64,000 nucleotides of DNA from Octopus sinensis (Eukaryota), in the NCBI RefSeq assembly GCF_006345805.1, contig NC_043009.1, positions 1,984,001-2,048,000 on the forward strand. Reading direction: 5' to 3'. Under the pieces are notes generated by a model. That model saw nothing but the letters and a program-made list of their open reading frames with translations. It had not been told where the DNA came from and made no database searches. A program made the translations under genes and the position numbers. The first letter of the stretch is position 1. Every line of letters begins with the position of its first letter. Positions 26,850-39,680 of the stretch are shown here, piece after piece.

Positions 26850-27030
26850 CTTCATGGGTTGGGGTCATCCAAGAGGTTTCGTCTTGCGTAGAGCTGATCA
26901 GATCGACTAGTGCTTCGCGTCAGTGGTGGACCTGCGCCAGCCCCTCTGCTTCTTTGAAGATGATATCAAGGCTCCGGAGATCTTCCTTTATTACATCCAG
27001 CCATCTGGCGTGGGACCTGCAATATACATT
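26850..27030 (-). mobile_element. RTE LINE ORF C-terminal fragment
   Basis: The minus strand encodes ARWLDVIKEDLRSLDIIFKEAEGLAQVHH*REALV, matching the RTE C-terminal motif RWxDxIxxDL...AQDRxxWRxLV. Confidence 0.7.
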
Positions 27031-27039
27031 GGTTTCAGA

Positions 27040-27480
27040 GTTTGCCACAAGGTCAGCAATTTCGAAGACAAAAGGGATAGGGCGATTACATGGATCCTAA
27101 TGCTCAACTTGTACTTATTTTATCGTTTCCGAAACATTGAAGGGCAAAGTCAACTTTGGTAAAATTTGAACTCAGAACTTTAAGACATATGAAATGACGC
27201 TAAGCATTTTTCCCGGCGTGCTAACGATGCTACCTACCTTAAAAAAATAAAATTCAATATTCTTTCAAATGTTGGCACAAGGCCAGCAATTTTGGAGGGG
27301 CACGGGGTAAGTCGATTACATAGACCCCAGTACTCAACAGGTAATTATTTTATCGAGTAGGAAAGGATGAAATGCAAAGTCGACTTTGGCGTGATACGAA
27401 CTCATTACGAAAACAGACAAAATCAGTTAAGCCATTTACTCGGTGTGCCAACGATTCTGTCCGCTTGCTGCCTAAAAAAA
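27040..27480 (-). mobile_element. Two tandem diverged SINE family B copies
   Basis: aatttgaactcagaac...gcatttttcccggcgtgctaacgat, plus a second copy ending gtgtgccaacgattctg. Confidence 0.7.
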
Positions 27481-28536
27481 AAACACAAAAAGTGAAAGTT
27501 AATATTAAAATTTAGAAAAAAAAATTTTATGTTTGCAGTAAATATCTTGTAAGTGTAACTAGAACATAGAAATAAGTACAGCTCTTGCAAGAAGCTTAAT
27601 GACTTTGGATGGTTTTCATGTAAAGATCAATATAATCTTAAATTATAACATTTAGGGCTTGAGTTTGTTTCTGTTGCTAATGCATGAAAAGAGATCCTGA
27701 AAAGGTAAAGTTTAGGTATGCAAATATAACTGTTATATATATACACACACATACAGAGGTACGTATGCATGCGTATATATATATATACATATATCTATGT
27801 ATGCATGTATAAATATATATATATATGTATTTGTGTGTGTATGCGTATATATATATATATGTATGTATATATATTATATTATATATGTGTGGTGTGTACA
27901 GAAATGTATATTATATATATGGTATTATATATATATATATTATATATATCTATATATATATATATATATATATACCACGCATAATTCTACCCCATGTCCT
28001 TGCCAATTACTTTCACAAATTTCATAATTTTAACTCTTTCTTATGTGCCACGTGACAGTTTTGTATAGCAATTACTTCCGGAGTCTTTCAAGGCTAACAT
28101 TTCTGAGGTTCATTACATATTAAATTACTTAAGCTGTTTCCGCACATTTACGTCTTTCATATTTTTGTGTCAAATCCTTTGAATAAAACCCAGAGGGATT
28201 TTCAATTTTAATTTCATCTAAAACATTTTTTATGTTACTAAAACCCTTGTCAAATAGCAGCTGTTTATTAATCTTGAGCGTTTAAATGCTTAAACTGTGT
28301 ACGTATGAATGTTTTTATGCATCTATGTTCGTATGTAGTGTATATACATGCATATATATCTTGTACACGTATGTTCATGTATATATATATATATTTATAT
28401 ATATATATATGTATATATATATAATAATATATATATACATATATGTATAAATTTTTCTAGCTATTTATTCCTATATACATACGTATGAACATAAATACAT
28501 CATAAACACACCACATACACACACATACACACCACA

Positions 28537-28582
<46 letters not shown>

Positions 28583-28759
28583 GTACATATGTATATATAT
28601 ATATGTACATATGTATATATATATATATATGTACATATGTATATATAATATATATACATATATATTATATATAATTATATGTGATATATATATAATATTA
28701 GCATATATATACATATGTACACATATATATCTATGTATATATATATCTATGTATATATA

Positions 28760-28811
<52 letters not shown>

Positions 28812-29631
28812 ATATATACATGCATACATATGTAGATGTAACCTTAACAAATACATTAACGATTAAATCATTTTTTCTTTTTAAAACCTTTCCTCTCTTC
28901 ACATTCTCACACGTCATCTGACTCCAATCCTACCCTTTTAAACCCAACACCGTAAACACCACTTACTTCTCAATTAGCTGGCCTAAGTTACCTCCATTTT
29001 CAACAACCAATTAAATCGAATGTTTACCTTTCAAAATTTACACTTCTAATCATTCTGTTTGTTTTTATTCATAAATAACGTAAAAGCGTTTTCAATTAAC
29101 ATTATAATCCACCCATGACTACCGCCACCCTTACCTATTCCTTTCCTCCTTAGCTTTTATTCCTTATCGTTGCCTTACAATATATCTCTGTTTAAGAACA
29201 ATTACGAACATTCTATTAAAGCTCTGACGAGTTCTACTTGAGAACCAGAGAGTTTGCCATGTGTCAATATTCTTCCAGAACAAATATTATTCGCTCTGGC
29301 ATCATAATACTGAATTCTTTATTCTTTATTTAGATTGTGAGATTGTAGCTTTCCTTGTACTTACACAGAAGCACTTTCTCTTCTGTTATATGTGTGTGTG
29401 TGTGTGTGTGTATTCATTACTAGTTACGGCCGTATACACACATACACGCACACACACAGACACACAGACAGACACACACACACACACATCCCGGTGGGTC
29501 ACCGGGAAACTCTGAGTTTCCCAGCAACGGAGTTTTGCTTCGTTGAGCTTTTTCTTTTCCAGGTTATTTCGCATGATTTCAATGAACGTGATATCGAAAT
29601 CACGCGTAAACGGTTCGTTTCCCCCAAAAGG

Positions 29632-29750
29632 AAAGTTTTGGCTGCTATTTCTTGCACGCCCTGCTACCACGTAACAGGTATTCCGGATCCTTTATTGCAA
29701 ATAGCTGTTATGTGGAAGCAGGGCGTGCTAGAGACAGCAGCCAAATCTTT
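29632..29750. repeat. Fold-back hairpin, ~50-bp imperfect stem with 17-nt loop
   Basis: tttggctgct/agcagccaaa, gcacgccctgc/gcagggcgtgc and ccacgtaacag/ctgttatgtgg pair in nested order. Confidence 0.85.
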
Positions 29751-30237
29751 AGCGGTGAGATGCGTTGAATGCGCTCGAAAAAAAACCTACGGGAAACAAC
29801 TATTTCAGACGGAGGTGACCAAGGTGAAGCTTCATAAACGAGGAATCTTCGTTAGATTATATTCGCAAGTTGTGGAAGTCATCTGAACAATGCGAACAAA
29901 ATCTTCAGTTTTTCTTTGGGATTGCAAAAAGATCCAAGTGTCTTGCTATGCACTGAGATAAAATGGGGCGCTAATAGTAATGGTGTATCAAATGTTACCG
30001 TGAGAGAATGCCAGTATCTTAAACGCTTGAAGGTGTTAATGTGGCTGCAAGAAGAAAAAAACAAAACAGGAAAATAAAAAAGCCAAATCGGTTTCTAGTC
30101 AGGATGTTCTTCCATACGTATACTTATGGATTTATGTAAATACACGTACGAATGCGCGCACACACACGGAGTCGCAGAAGCGCTGTCACGATATATGGCG
30201 TACTTAGGCATTTCTAGTATTGCTGCATCCACATCAT

Positions 30238-30319
<82 letters not shown>

Positions 30320-31041
30320 ATATATATATATTATATATGTTATATATCAACTATAGCCTTTTCTCACTGTTCTAAGCTATTAACCGTTCCTTTTTTTCCA
30401 GTTTCACGATTTCCTGCTCTTCTTTTTCCATTACAATCTCTTTATTTTTACTCGTGTGCTTCTATCTTCCTTTTCCTGCTTCATTAAGTCTTCTCTTCGC
30501 ACTGTTCACGCAGGAATTAGACGTCTTTTCCCATTCCTCTCGGTTTAGTGTTAAACGCCATAAGACGTTCTAGATTTTTCCAAGCATTACTTGTATTACT
30601 GCATTTTATGGGTCGAAACATCATTTATGCTATCTTCTTGTTCGTGTCTTTCCGTCTTAAACGTATCATGAATTCATAAGACCACACATATCTATATTCT
30701 GGTTTTCGTTTCGCTTTTTGCCCCTTTTCCCACAACCCGTATCATAAACATTGCTTTGGTGGAAGGCATTTTGTTCTCCCTGTTCGTTTCGTTTTACATT
30801 ATTTCCGTTACCACCTGTATAATCCTTTTTTGGTTTTTGTTCGATTTCCTTGGACACAAATCTATACTCTCGCAGTTCCAATAAGTTTCGGTTACCTTTC
30901 CGATAAATAATATTGTCTTAGGTGTAAAATAAAATGGAGGTTTCCAATTGCCAACTGATTTAGGGATAGCATTCATGCATTTCCGTGTCTGTTGTCGTTT
31001 CGTTTATTCTATAAATTTCATTGTCCTTCTGCACTGCTTTC

Positions 31042-31077
<36 letters not shown>

Positions 31078-31494
31078 CACGTGTGTGCGTATGTATTTAT
31101 GCTTGTACGTATATGCCTATACACATATGTATACGCACACATATAGATAATTCTAATCGGGGAAAAAAAATACGAATTGACAAAAGGTATCGACGTGGTA
31201 TGTTAACTTGAAAAGAAATTATATTGTGATACTTTTCTCTCATAACTGAATATAGATATTAAATGATATTAAATGATATTTGAATGGAACTGTATTTGCT
31301 AATTCGATATAACATATCAGATAAATGAATATTTCTTACTGTTTAGTAATTGAATGAAAGAACTTGTTGATTGAATTAATAACAAAGCACAATTAGAAGC
31401 AAAACCTCTCAAACATCACACATACTCTCGAACAGACATACATTATTTTTATCATACTAAATATGCATATATACTACATTTTTATACACACAAC

Positions 31495-31553
<59 letters not shown>

Positions 31554-31727
31554 CTCATTATTTTCTTTTGGCTTGTTACCTTAGTTCTAATGTGTGAAAA
31601 TGGTAGCGATCATAAAAGAAAAATCAGTAATAATTATGTTAATCTGCTGGACTAATAGCAATGTGGAGGAAGCACAAAACGAAAAAAAAAGAAACAAAAT
31701 ACACCAAAATGGCTATATCGATTTCAG

Positions 31728-31759
<32 letters not shown>

Positions 31760-32121
31760 ATGTTTGCCTGTCTGTCTGTCTCTCGGCCTGTCTGTCTGTC
31801 TATCTATCAATCTACGTGCATGATCACTGCAACTCGATTTCGAGCATTGCCATCGCTTAATTGTTCTCTTAAACATGAGCAGCTTGGATATGGCGCTTCA
31901 AGACCTGAACTCTTTTGTACTCATTCACTAACACATACTTTCACTTTGGCATGGATTCTTTATTGAGTATTTCGCCTTTTTCAGCGACGGCCAATCATAG
32001 TATGCCCGACACAATGGAGGTATTAGAAATCAAGCGATGATTGTGCCTGAAGTAAGAAAGGCCTTGTGCAGGCACTAATTCCACTGTGTAAGCAACGTAT
32101 GCAATTATTCAAAAAGAAGAA

Positions 32122-32323
32122 CTACTCCTCATCATTGGATGTAAACAAATCCACAGGTGTTAGGTCAGAGTTTTCCTCCCCAGACAAAGATGTCGAAACA
32201 AAGTCTAGGGGTTTCACACTCCCAGCTATTGGACGGTCATTGATACCAATGAGTTGAGTCGTCATTTTGGCATGTTTTGATTTCATTGTATTAAAGGGTT
32301 TCGATTGAAAGCCACCGTTCTTG
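32122..32323 (-). CDS. Candidate terminal coding exon (KNGGFQSKPF...DLTPVDLFTSNDEE*)
   Basis: Minus strand ttactaactctacttag| (CTAAC branch-like motif plus TAG), then 1 nt and 66 open codons in unique sequence. No recognised homology. Confidence 0.25.
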
Positions 32324-32439
32324 CTAAGTAGAGTTAGTAAGGTACCGGTTTAGTTGGAACAAACATCACATATGGCATTTTGTTCGACGCTTTAACGATT
32401 CTTCTCAACCAGCACCTCCCATTATCCTCTATAATAATG

Positions 32440-32660
32440 CTTCGAAAGCTTGGCAGAAGGCCAGTAATTTTCGGGTGGAGTGTGCTGCTTGATTATATCG
32501 ACCTCAGGGCTCAGTTGGTACTTATTTTATCGACCGCCTCAAATCATAAAAGGCAAAGTCGATTGCTGCGAAATTTGAACTCAGATCGTCAATCCAGAAG
32601 AAATACCGATCAGCATTTTGTCCGGCATGCCGAGGATTCTTGCAGCCTGACGTCTTCTGC
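32440..32660 (-). mobile_element. SINE family B
   Basis: gaaatttgaactcaga...gcattttgtccggcatgccgaggattcttgcagc. Confidence 0.7.
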
Positions 32661-32679
32661 TGACTATAACTCCTTACTC

Positions 32680-33119
32680 TTACACTTTTACTCTTTTACT
32701 TCTTTCAGTCATTTGACTGTGGCCATGCTGGAGCACCGCCTTTAGTCGCGCAAATCGACCAAAGGACTTATTCTTTGTAGGCCCTAGTACTTATTCTATC
32801 GGTCTTTTCTGCCGAACCGCTAAGTTACGGGGACGTAAACACACCAGCATCGGTTATCAAGCGATGTTGGGGGAACAAACACAGACACACAAACATATAA
32901 ACAGACATACATATGTATATCATTATATATATTATATAAAGGCTTAGTAAAATAAATACTTTGCGCATACTGAACTCATTAGAAATAGCAGCTAAAAAAA
33001 CTTTTAAAGCTATTTCTAATACTTAAAGAAAATCTCTCTCATATATAGTGTTTGCTTAATTCAACTCACAGTTTGGGGTAAGACATCGAAAAATCAAATG
33101 CTAAGTTTTCGAGAACGTA

Positions 33120-33192
<73 letters not shown>

Positions 33193-33346
33193 ACGGGGCT
33201 TCTTTCAGTTTCCGTCTACCAAATCCACTCACAAGCTTTGGTCTGCCTGAGTGTAGTAGTAGAAGACACTTGCCCAAGGTGCCACTCAGTGGGACTGAAC
33301 CCGGAACGATGTGGTTGGTAAGCAAGCTACTTACCACACAGCCACT
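32680..33346 (-). mobile_element. SINE family A with ~180-bp AT-rich insertion in its microsatellite
   Basis: Tail 32680-32930, insertion ~32935-33115, head 33190-33346. Confidence 0.85.
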
Positions 33347-33560
33347 AAGGCGGCGATCTGGCAGGATCGTTATTACACCGGGCAAAATGCTTAGCGGCAT
33401 TTCGTCCGTCTCTATGTTCTGGGTTCACATTATGCCGAGGTCGACTTTGCTTTCATCCTTTCGGGGTCGATAAATGAAGTACCAGTGAAACACTAGGGTC
33501 GATGTAATTGACTAGTCTCCTCCCCTCAATTTTCAGGTATTATGTCTTTAGTAGAAAGGA
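33347..33560 (+). mobile_element. SINE family B, head-to-head with family A
   Basis: aaggcggcgatctggcaggatcgtta starts immediately after the family A head cttaccacacagccact. Confidence 0.8.
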
Positions 33561-35149
33561 TTAAGAAAAGAAAATACTAAATAATGCACTCCTTGGTGTT
33601 AAAAAGATGGGATAGCCACGCCTGGAATACTTCTGTATATATTTCTGGTTGATTAGAGTGAATCTGGGGACAAATATTAAAGAAAAAATACATAAAAGTC
33701 AACTGCATTCATAAAAAAAACAAGTACCTGCCACTGTCGTTGCTGAATTTGCTAAAAATAGCAGCTTAACCTTCATAAAATCAAACCTAATGTCTTCAAT
33801 ATTGAAGGGAAGCATCATACAATAAACTCCTAAGTCCTGTAAACAAAAGCAGAGGAAATCAGCCGCGGCCGCAATAAACGTTGCAAACCTTAGCTTCTAG
33901 GGCGGCACTGGACACAGCATTGAGAATTTGATTTTAGTCGCATAAATAAATGAGATTTCATCTGTCCTCTGATGGTAGCAACCATTAGCATTATTCCATC
34001 TTAAGTTACCAAGCATCTTGCATCAACACAGATCCCTGAATTTTCTGCCTCTTTCTCTATTCAAATTCATATTTTAAATCTCTTGTCGAATATTTATTTA
34101 GAGCCTAATAGAGTCTAAAACCTAACGTCAAGCCTCCGGATTTATGACGCTGAAACTAATTCAGATGTCAAAAGCGTTTTAAAAGTTGACTTAAAGTAAA
34201 CCTTTAAAGGCAGCGCCTCATCATGGCCACCGTCCAATTACAATGAAGGAAGAGATAAAAGACGTATAGTTTTCTTTATGTTAGCAATCTATTTTTCGCA
34301 ATGAAAGAAACCAGCAATTCTACCAACTGTTTCGTTGTCGCTACAATAGTTCAAGTAAATTATAGAATAGTTTGTTGGAGCAAATATATGATCAGTGTAG
34401 AATATAGGGCAATGAAAAGGGAAGGAAAAATGTAAGGAGGAAGTGATTAAATGAAGTGGGGACAGTAATAGGAAACAATATGGAAGAACGTTGGTGAAAC
34501 AAAAAAATATTTTATACAAAAGATGGGTTTGAAGAAGAAAAATGGAATGAGGTTAATGATATGAAATTCTAAAGGAAGGAGATAATGAAGAAGTAGAAGA
34601 AGAGAAAGAATACAGAAAAAGCGAAACAAAAGGAATTACCGAGTGAAGGAAAATTGTAATAATAATGAGGAAAAGTTAAAAAGTAGGAAAGAAGAAAAGC
34701 AGATAATAAAGGAGTAAAATGTTACAATGGGAAAGAGACAACAAAAGGAAAAAAAATAGTAGGAGAAAAACAAATAAAATAGAAGAAAATAATAATGGTT
34801 TCAAAATTTGGCACAAGGCTATCAATTTTGAAGGGAGGGGGATCAGTGATTACATTGACCCCGGTGCTCAGCTGGTATTCGATTTATTGATCTCGACAGG
34901 GTGAAAGGCAAAGTTAACCCTGGTGGAATTTGAGATCTTAAAGACGGAGAAAATGCTGCCAAACACATTGTCCGGCGTGGTAATAATTCTATCAGGTCAC
35001 CGCCAAGTCTATGCTAATAATGATCTCTTTATTAACGACCAATGGTTTACACAGAGAATAAGGACAGTACGGAACAACACAATACCATGTGATATGATGA
35101 GGGTTTAAATGAAGGCATGTAAAGTGTAAAATAACAAAAATAAGGAAAC

Positions 35150-35315
35150 AAGATGTTCCAAGAAAAACTTTCTCTAAAGTGGGGATACTTCGGAGGGCCG
35201 TTCGTCGAAACTCCACAAACTACGGTGGCACTGACTACAAGGTCAAGTGCACTCTCCGTATCCCCTTATCTTGATCTACAGTCGTATGTTCAAAACAGCC
35301 CGTTCATTTGGGTCT

Positions 35316-35351
<36 letters not shown>

Positions 35352-35582
35352 CAGGGACCGTTTGAGCGGGATGGGCTACTCAATCTGAAGAAAATTCTAA
35401 CTGGGCCCCACCTGCAAGGTCATGTGCTGTTTATCTTGATATGAGATCACCATGTCGCGCACATATGGTTGTGATGCATGTGCCTGGTGTACCTTTATCA
35501 GACGGGTAGTCATGATGGGTATATTGGGCTTCGTATATTTTACCCCAGTGTCACTTTGATGGCATGCACTGCTCTCTCACTC

Positions 35583-35644
<62 letters not shown>

Positions 35645-36215
35645 TAATAAATGCACTGATGCAGTACCAGGCAGTGGCTCTCATGGCTTCTGATCTTAAC
35701 TGATTGGAAGTGTTATCATGTACATTGTTTTGTCTTGGTATAAAAGATGGGCTACAGCAAATATTCTGCTCAATACCACAGATTTGCTTGTCAGTTGTTT
35801 GTCCTTAACCAGTTGAGCATGTCCCTTAGTGGCTGACGATATGTGCATCTCTGATCACGAGCAGCAGTAGTAAAGGAGCAACATAGCCATGTGTTGAAAG
35901 GAATTCTTGGAGGTTTGGATAATTCACCTTTGGAAACATGGGTGTTTCGTTCAACATCCTTAAACAATCCTTATTCAGGGACCTTTTGAGCGGGATGGGT
36001 TACTCGACCAGAAGAAAATTCTAACTGAACCCCACGTGCAAGGTCATGTGCTGTTTATCTTGATATGAGATCCAATGTCGCGCACATATGGTTGTGATGC
36101 ATGTGCCTGGTGTACCCTTATCAGATGGGATGATGGGTATATTGGGCTTCGTATATTTTACCCCAGTGTCACTTTGATGGCATGAACTGCTCTCTTACTC
36201 AATAATAATAACAAT
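35150..36215 (+). mobile_element. Stack of three retroposon 3' ends: (GAT)n-tailed, then two family C copies with (AAT)n tails
   Basis: 35150-35346 ends in (GAT)n; 35347-35645 is a 5'-truncated family C copy ending in (AAT)n; 35650-36215 is a longer copy containing the same attcagggacc...ctctcttactcaataataat end. Confidence 0.75.
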
Positions 36216-36364
36216 CATTAGGCATAAGGCCTGAAATTATCTGGGAGTGGGAGCTAGTCGATTACGTTGACCTCCAGGGCGTAACTGTTTTTTTTTTCTC
36301 ATCGACCCCGAAAGGATGAATGGCAAAGTCAACCTCGGCGGAATTAAAACACAGAACTTAAAGA

Positions 36365-36680
36365 TAGGGTATCAGTCCCATTGCGTGGCACTTTGGACAA
36401 ATGTCTTCTACTATAGCCTCAGGCCCACCAAAGCATTGTGAGTAGATTTGGCAGACGAAACTGAAAGAATTCCACCGTATATATATATATATATTATATA
36501 TATATATATGTATTTGTGTATCTGTGTTTGTCTCCCCACGACCACTTGACATCCGATATTGGTGTGTTTACATCACCGTAAGTAGACGGTTCGGCAAAAG
36601 GCACCGATAGAATAAGTATTAGGCTTACAAAGAATAAGTCCTGCGGTCAAGTGACTGGAACAAATAAAGGAAATAAAAGA
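36365..36680 (+). mobile_element. SINE family A
   Basis: cagtcccattgcgtggcac...ggttcggcaaaaggcaccgatagaataag...gactggaacaaataaaag. Confidence 0.8.
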
Positions 36681-36749
36681 AATATAGATACGCACACACA
36701 CACACACATATAGATAGATACACACACATATATGTTGATATATATATAC

Positions 36750-37075
36750 TCTTTACTCTTTTATTTGTTCACCATGTGATTGTGGCCATGCTGGAGCACC
36801 GCCTTTTTAGTCGAGCAAATCGACCCAAGGACTTAATATTTGTAAGCCTAGTACTTATTCTATCACTCATTTTTGCCGAAACGCTAGGTTACGTGGACGC
36901 AAACACACCAGCATCGGTTGTCAAACGATGTTGAGGAGCCAAACATAGATACTCAAACATATACACACGCATATATATATATACATATATATGACGGACT
37001 TCTTTCAGTCTACGAAATCCACTTACAAGGCTCTGGTCGGCTCGAGGCTATAGTAGAAGGCACTTGCCCAAGCCG
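36750..37075 (-). mobile_element. SINE family A, inverted relative to 36365-36680
   Basis: tactcttttactc...atgctggagcaccgcc...gaggctatagtagaaggcacttgcccaag. Confidence 0.8.
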
Positions 37076-37619
37076 ATTTGTAACTCCAGCATGGCAGCAG
37101 CTCTGTGACTGTAACACTGTAACAAGTAAAAGGTAAGCGACAAATGTAAGAAAGGAAAAATGAAGGAACGAATGAAAAAAAGAAGATTGAAAGAAAGAGA
37201 AAGAAGAAAGAAAGAATGAATGAACGAAAGGAAAAAGATGTGTAAAAGTAACCGAAGAAAAATAAATGAATAAAAAAAATGTGTTAGACGGAAGAATGTA
37301 AGAAAGTTTCAAAGAAAGAATAGAAGAAAGAAGGCAAAATATGAAGAATAGAAAGAGAAGAGAAGGAAAAATGATGATGGAGATAAGGCTGGGGGGGGGG
37401 AGTGAAAGAGATAGATGATAAGAAATACAATGAAGGAATAACTATTTAAATGGCAACGAAACAAATAATGTTTGGAAGGAGAAATAAAGGATTGAGTAAA
37501 TAAATAAAGAAATGTCAAATAAAGATTTTGATAAAAGATTCTGTTGAATGGAAAGACAAGAGAAGATAATGGCAATGTGGAGGGAAACAATTGGATGGGT
37601 ACAAAGGAAACGGAAGGAG

Positions 37620-38260
37620 AAGCATTGGTAGTAGTGGTAGTAGTTGTAGTGGTGGTGGCGGTGGAGGTGGTGGTAATAGTTATAGGAGTGGTGGTGGTGA
37701 TGGTACTAGTAGTAGTAGTAGTAGTGGTGGTTGTAGAAGTAGTGGTGGTGGTGGTAGTAGCAATGCTGGGGAAGGTGGTGTTGGTAGTAGTTATATTAGC
37801 GGTGGTGGTGGTGGTGCTGGTCTTAGCAGTGGTGGTGGTGGTAGTAGCAGTGGTAGTGGTGGTAGTAGCAGTGGTGGTGGTGGTAGTAGTAGTAGTAGTG
37901 GTGGTGGTGTTACTAGTAGTGTTGGTGATAGTAGAGGTGGTAGTAGTATTAGTAGCGGTAGTGGTGGTGATTGTAGTAGTAATAATAGTAGGTGGTTGTG
38001 TTGGTAGTTGTAGTGGTGGTAGTAGTAGTAGTAATAGTAACAATAGCAGTTGTTTTAATAGTCGTAGCAGCGGTGGTAGTAGTGGCAGTAGTGGTAGTAG
38101 CAGTTGTAATAGTATAAGTAGTAGTTGTAGGAAATGTGGTAGCAGTAGTAGTGGCACCAGAGGTGGTAATAATAGTAGTATTAGTATTACTGTTAGTAGT
38201 ATTAGTAGTAGCAGCAGTAGTAGTAGTAGTAGCATTATTATTATTATTATTATTATTATT
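37620..38260. repeat. (GGT/AGT/AGC/ATT)n low-complexity tract
   Basis: Degenerate trinucleotide repeat open in several frames (poly-T, poly-V, G/S). Confidence 0.9.
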
Positions 38261-38261
38261 G

Positions 38262-38658
38262 TTAAGGCTGTGAGCTGGCAGAATCATTAGAACAACGGGC
38301 GAAATGCTTAGCGGTATTTCGTCCGTCTTTTCGTTCTGAGTTCAAATTCTGCCGAGGTCGACTTTGCTTTCATTCCTTGGGGGGGGGGGGGGCAAAATTT
38401 CAGGCGTTGTACCTTTAGTGGAAAGGATTTTGCTTCCCAACCACATGGCTCCAGGTTGAGTACCACTGCGTGGAACCTTGGGCAAGTGTTTTCTACTATA
38501 GCCTCGGGCCGACCAAAGTCTTGTGGGTGGTTTTGGTATATAAAACCTAGGGTTCGGCAAAAGTGACCGATACAATAAGTACTAGGCTTACTATGAATAA
38601 GTCCGCGGTCCAGCAGGGCGTTAGTTAAATGACTGAAACAAATAAAAGAATAAAAGAG

Positions 38659-38725
<67 letters not shown>

Positions 38726-38900
38726 GAGGCGGCGAGCTGGCAGAATCGTTAGCACGCCGGGTGAAATGTTTAGCGGTGTATCGTCTGCCGCTACGTCCTG
38801 AGTTCAAATTCCGACGAGGTCGCCTTTGAATTTCTTCCTTTAGGGATCAATAAAACAAGTACCAGTTGGAAACTGGGGTCGATGTGATCGAGTCATCTCC
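38262..38900 (+). mobile_element. SINE cluster: family B (38262-38400), family A (38420-38655), (ATT)n, family B (38728-38900)
   Basis: Heads gagctggcagaatc(a/g)ttag with B box gagttcaaatt; family A body aaccacatggctccaggttgagtaccactgcgtgg...aaagaataaaagag. Confidence 0.8.
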
Positions 38901-39029
38901 CCGACCCAAAGTCATGGTTGCAATAGTACTAGTAGTAGTAATTGAAGTGTTGGTAGTAGTATTGCTGTTTGTAACGACAACTACTACTAGCAGCATTAGA
39001 GTAGTTGTTGTTGTAGCGGACGTTGCACT

Positions 39030-39210
39030 TTAGCTCCAGGTTCCACTTGACCCTGTAGAACTCTGATCCAAGGCCCTCTGGTGGTGACCATCCGGTATAT
39101 TTCCCATGTTCCCATGTGTCACATAAACGTTTGGTGTGTGATCTGAGTGAGATCTATTTGCTATTGCTGGCAACCTGAACAACCACGTGGAGGGTGTATC
39201 GTTAGCTTGT
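39030..39210 (-). CDS. Candidate terminal coding exon (QANDTPSTWLFRLPAIANRSHSDH...STGSSGTWS*)
   Basis: GC-richer unique island; pyrimidine-rich minus-strand acceptor ccttcgcctacggcttctag| after a long AG-free zone; 1 nt plus 59 open codons. No recognised homology. Confidence 0.3.
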
Positions 39211-39680
39211 CTAGAAGCCGTAGGCGAAGGCGCGACAGTAGAATTCATTGTAGTAGTAGTTGTAGTAGTAGTACGAGGAGGAGGAGTGTGAGAAGAAGAC
39301 GCGGAGAAAGTGTATACATAGATTTGCAAAATAGGTAGGCCAGAATTATATACATACATACATACATACATACATACATACATACTACATACATGCATAT
39401 GTATATATATATATATATATATTATATATATGTTTGTGTGTGTGTAATGTATGTATGTATGTATGCATGTATGTATAAATAATTACTTTTCAGAATGAGA
39501 TAAAAATCCAAGGCTGTGAAGATTTTAGAACAATTATAAATAGGTCTTACAGCTGTTTCCAGGACATTTGTTATATCCCTACAGATATATATATATATAT
39601 TACTCGTTTCTCTTTTACTCTTTTACTTGTTTCAGTCATTTGACTGCGGCCATGCTGGAGCACCGCCTTATATATATATA

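Noticed and set aside
29214-29250. CTGACGA followed by a gttct/agaac hairpin
   Set aside because: No GAAA or NUH; too little sequence between stem II and the putative stem I arm.
33728-33836. Apparently clean 109-nt minus-strand exon (DLGVYCMMLPFNIEDIRFDF...)
   Set aside because: It overlaps the dispersed aaatagcagc..aaatca(c/a)acc repeat also seen near 50248 and 59447, so it is most likely a cryptic site in a repeat.
37309-38290. 308-aa, 248-aa and 138-aa mucin-like, poly-Val and Gly/Ser ORFs
   Set aside because: Degenerate trinucleotide tract open in several frames on both strands, with no unique coding flanks or splice context.
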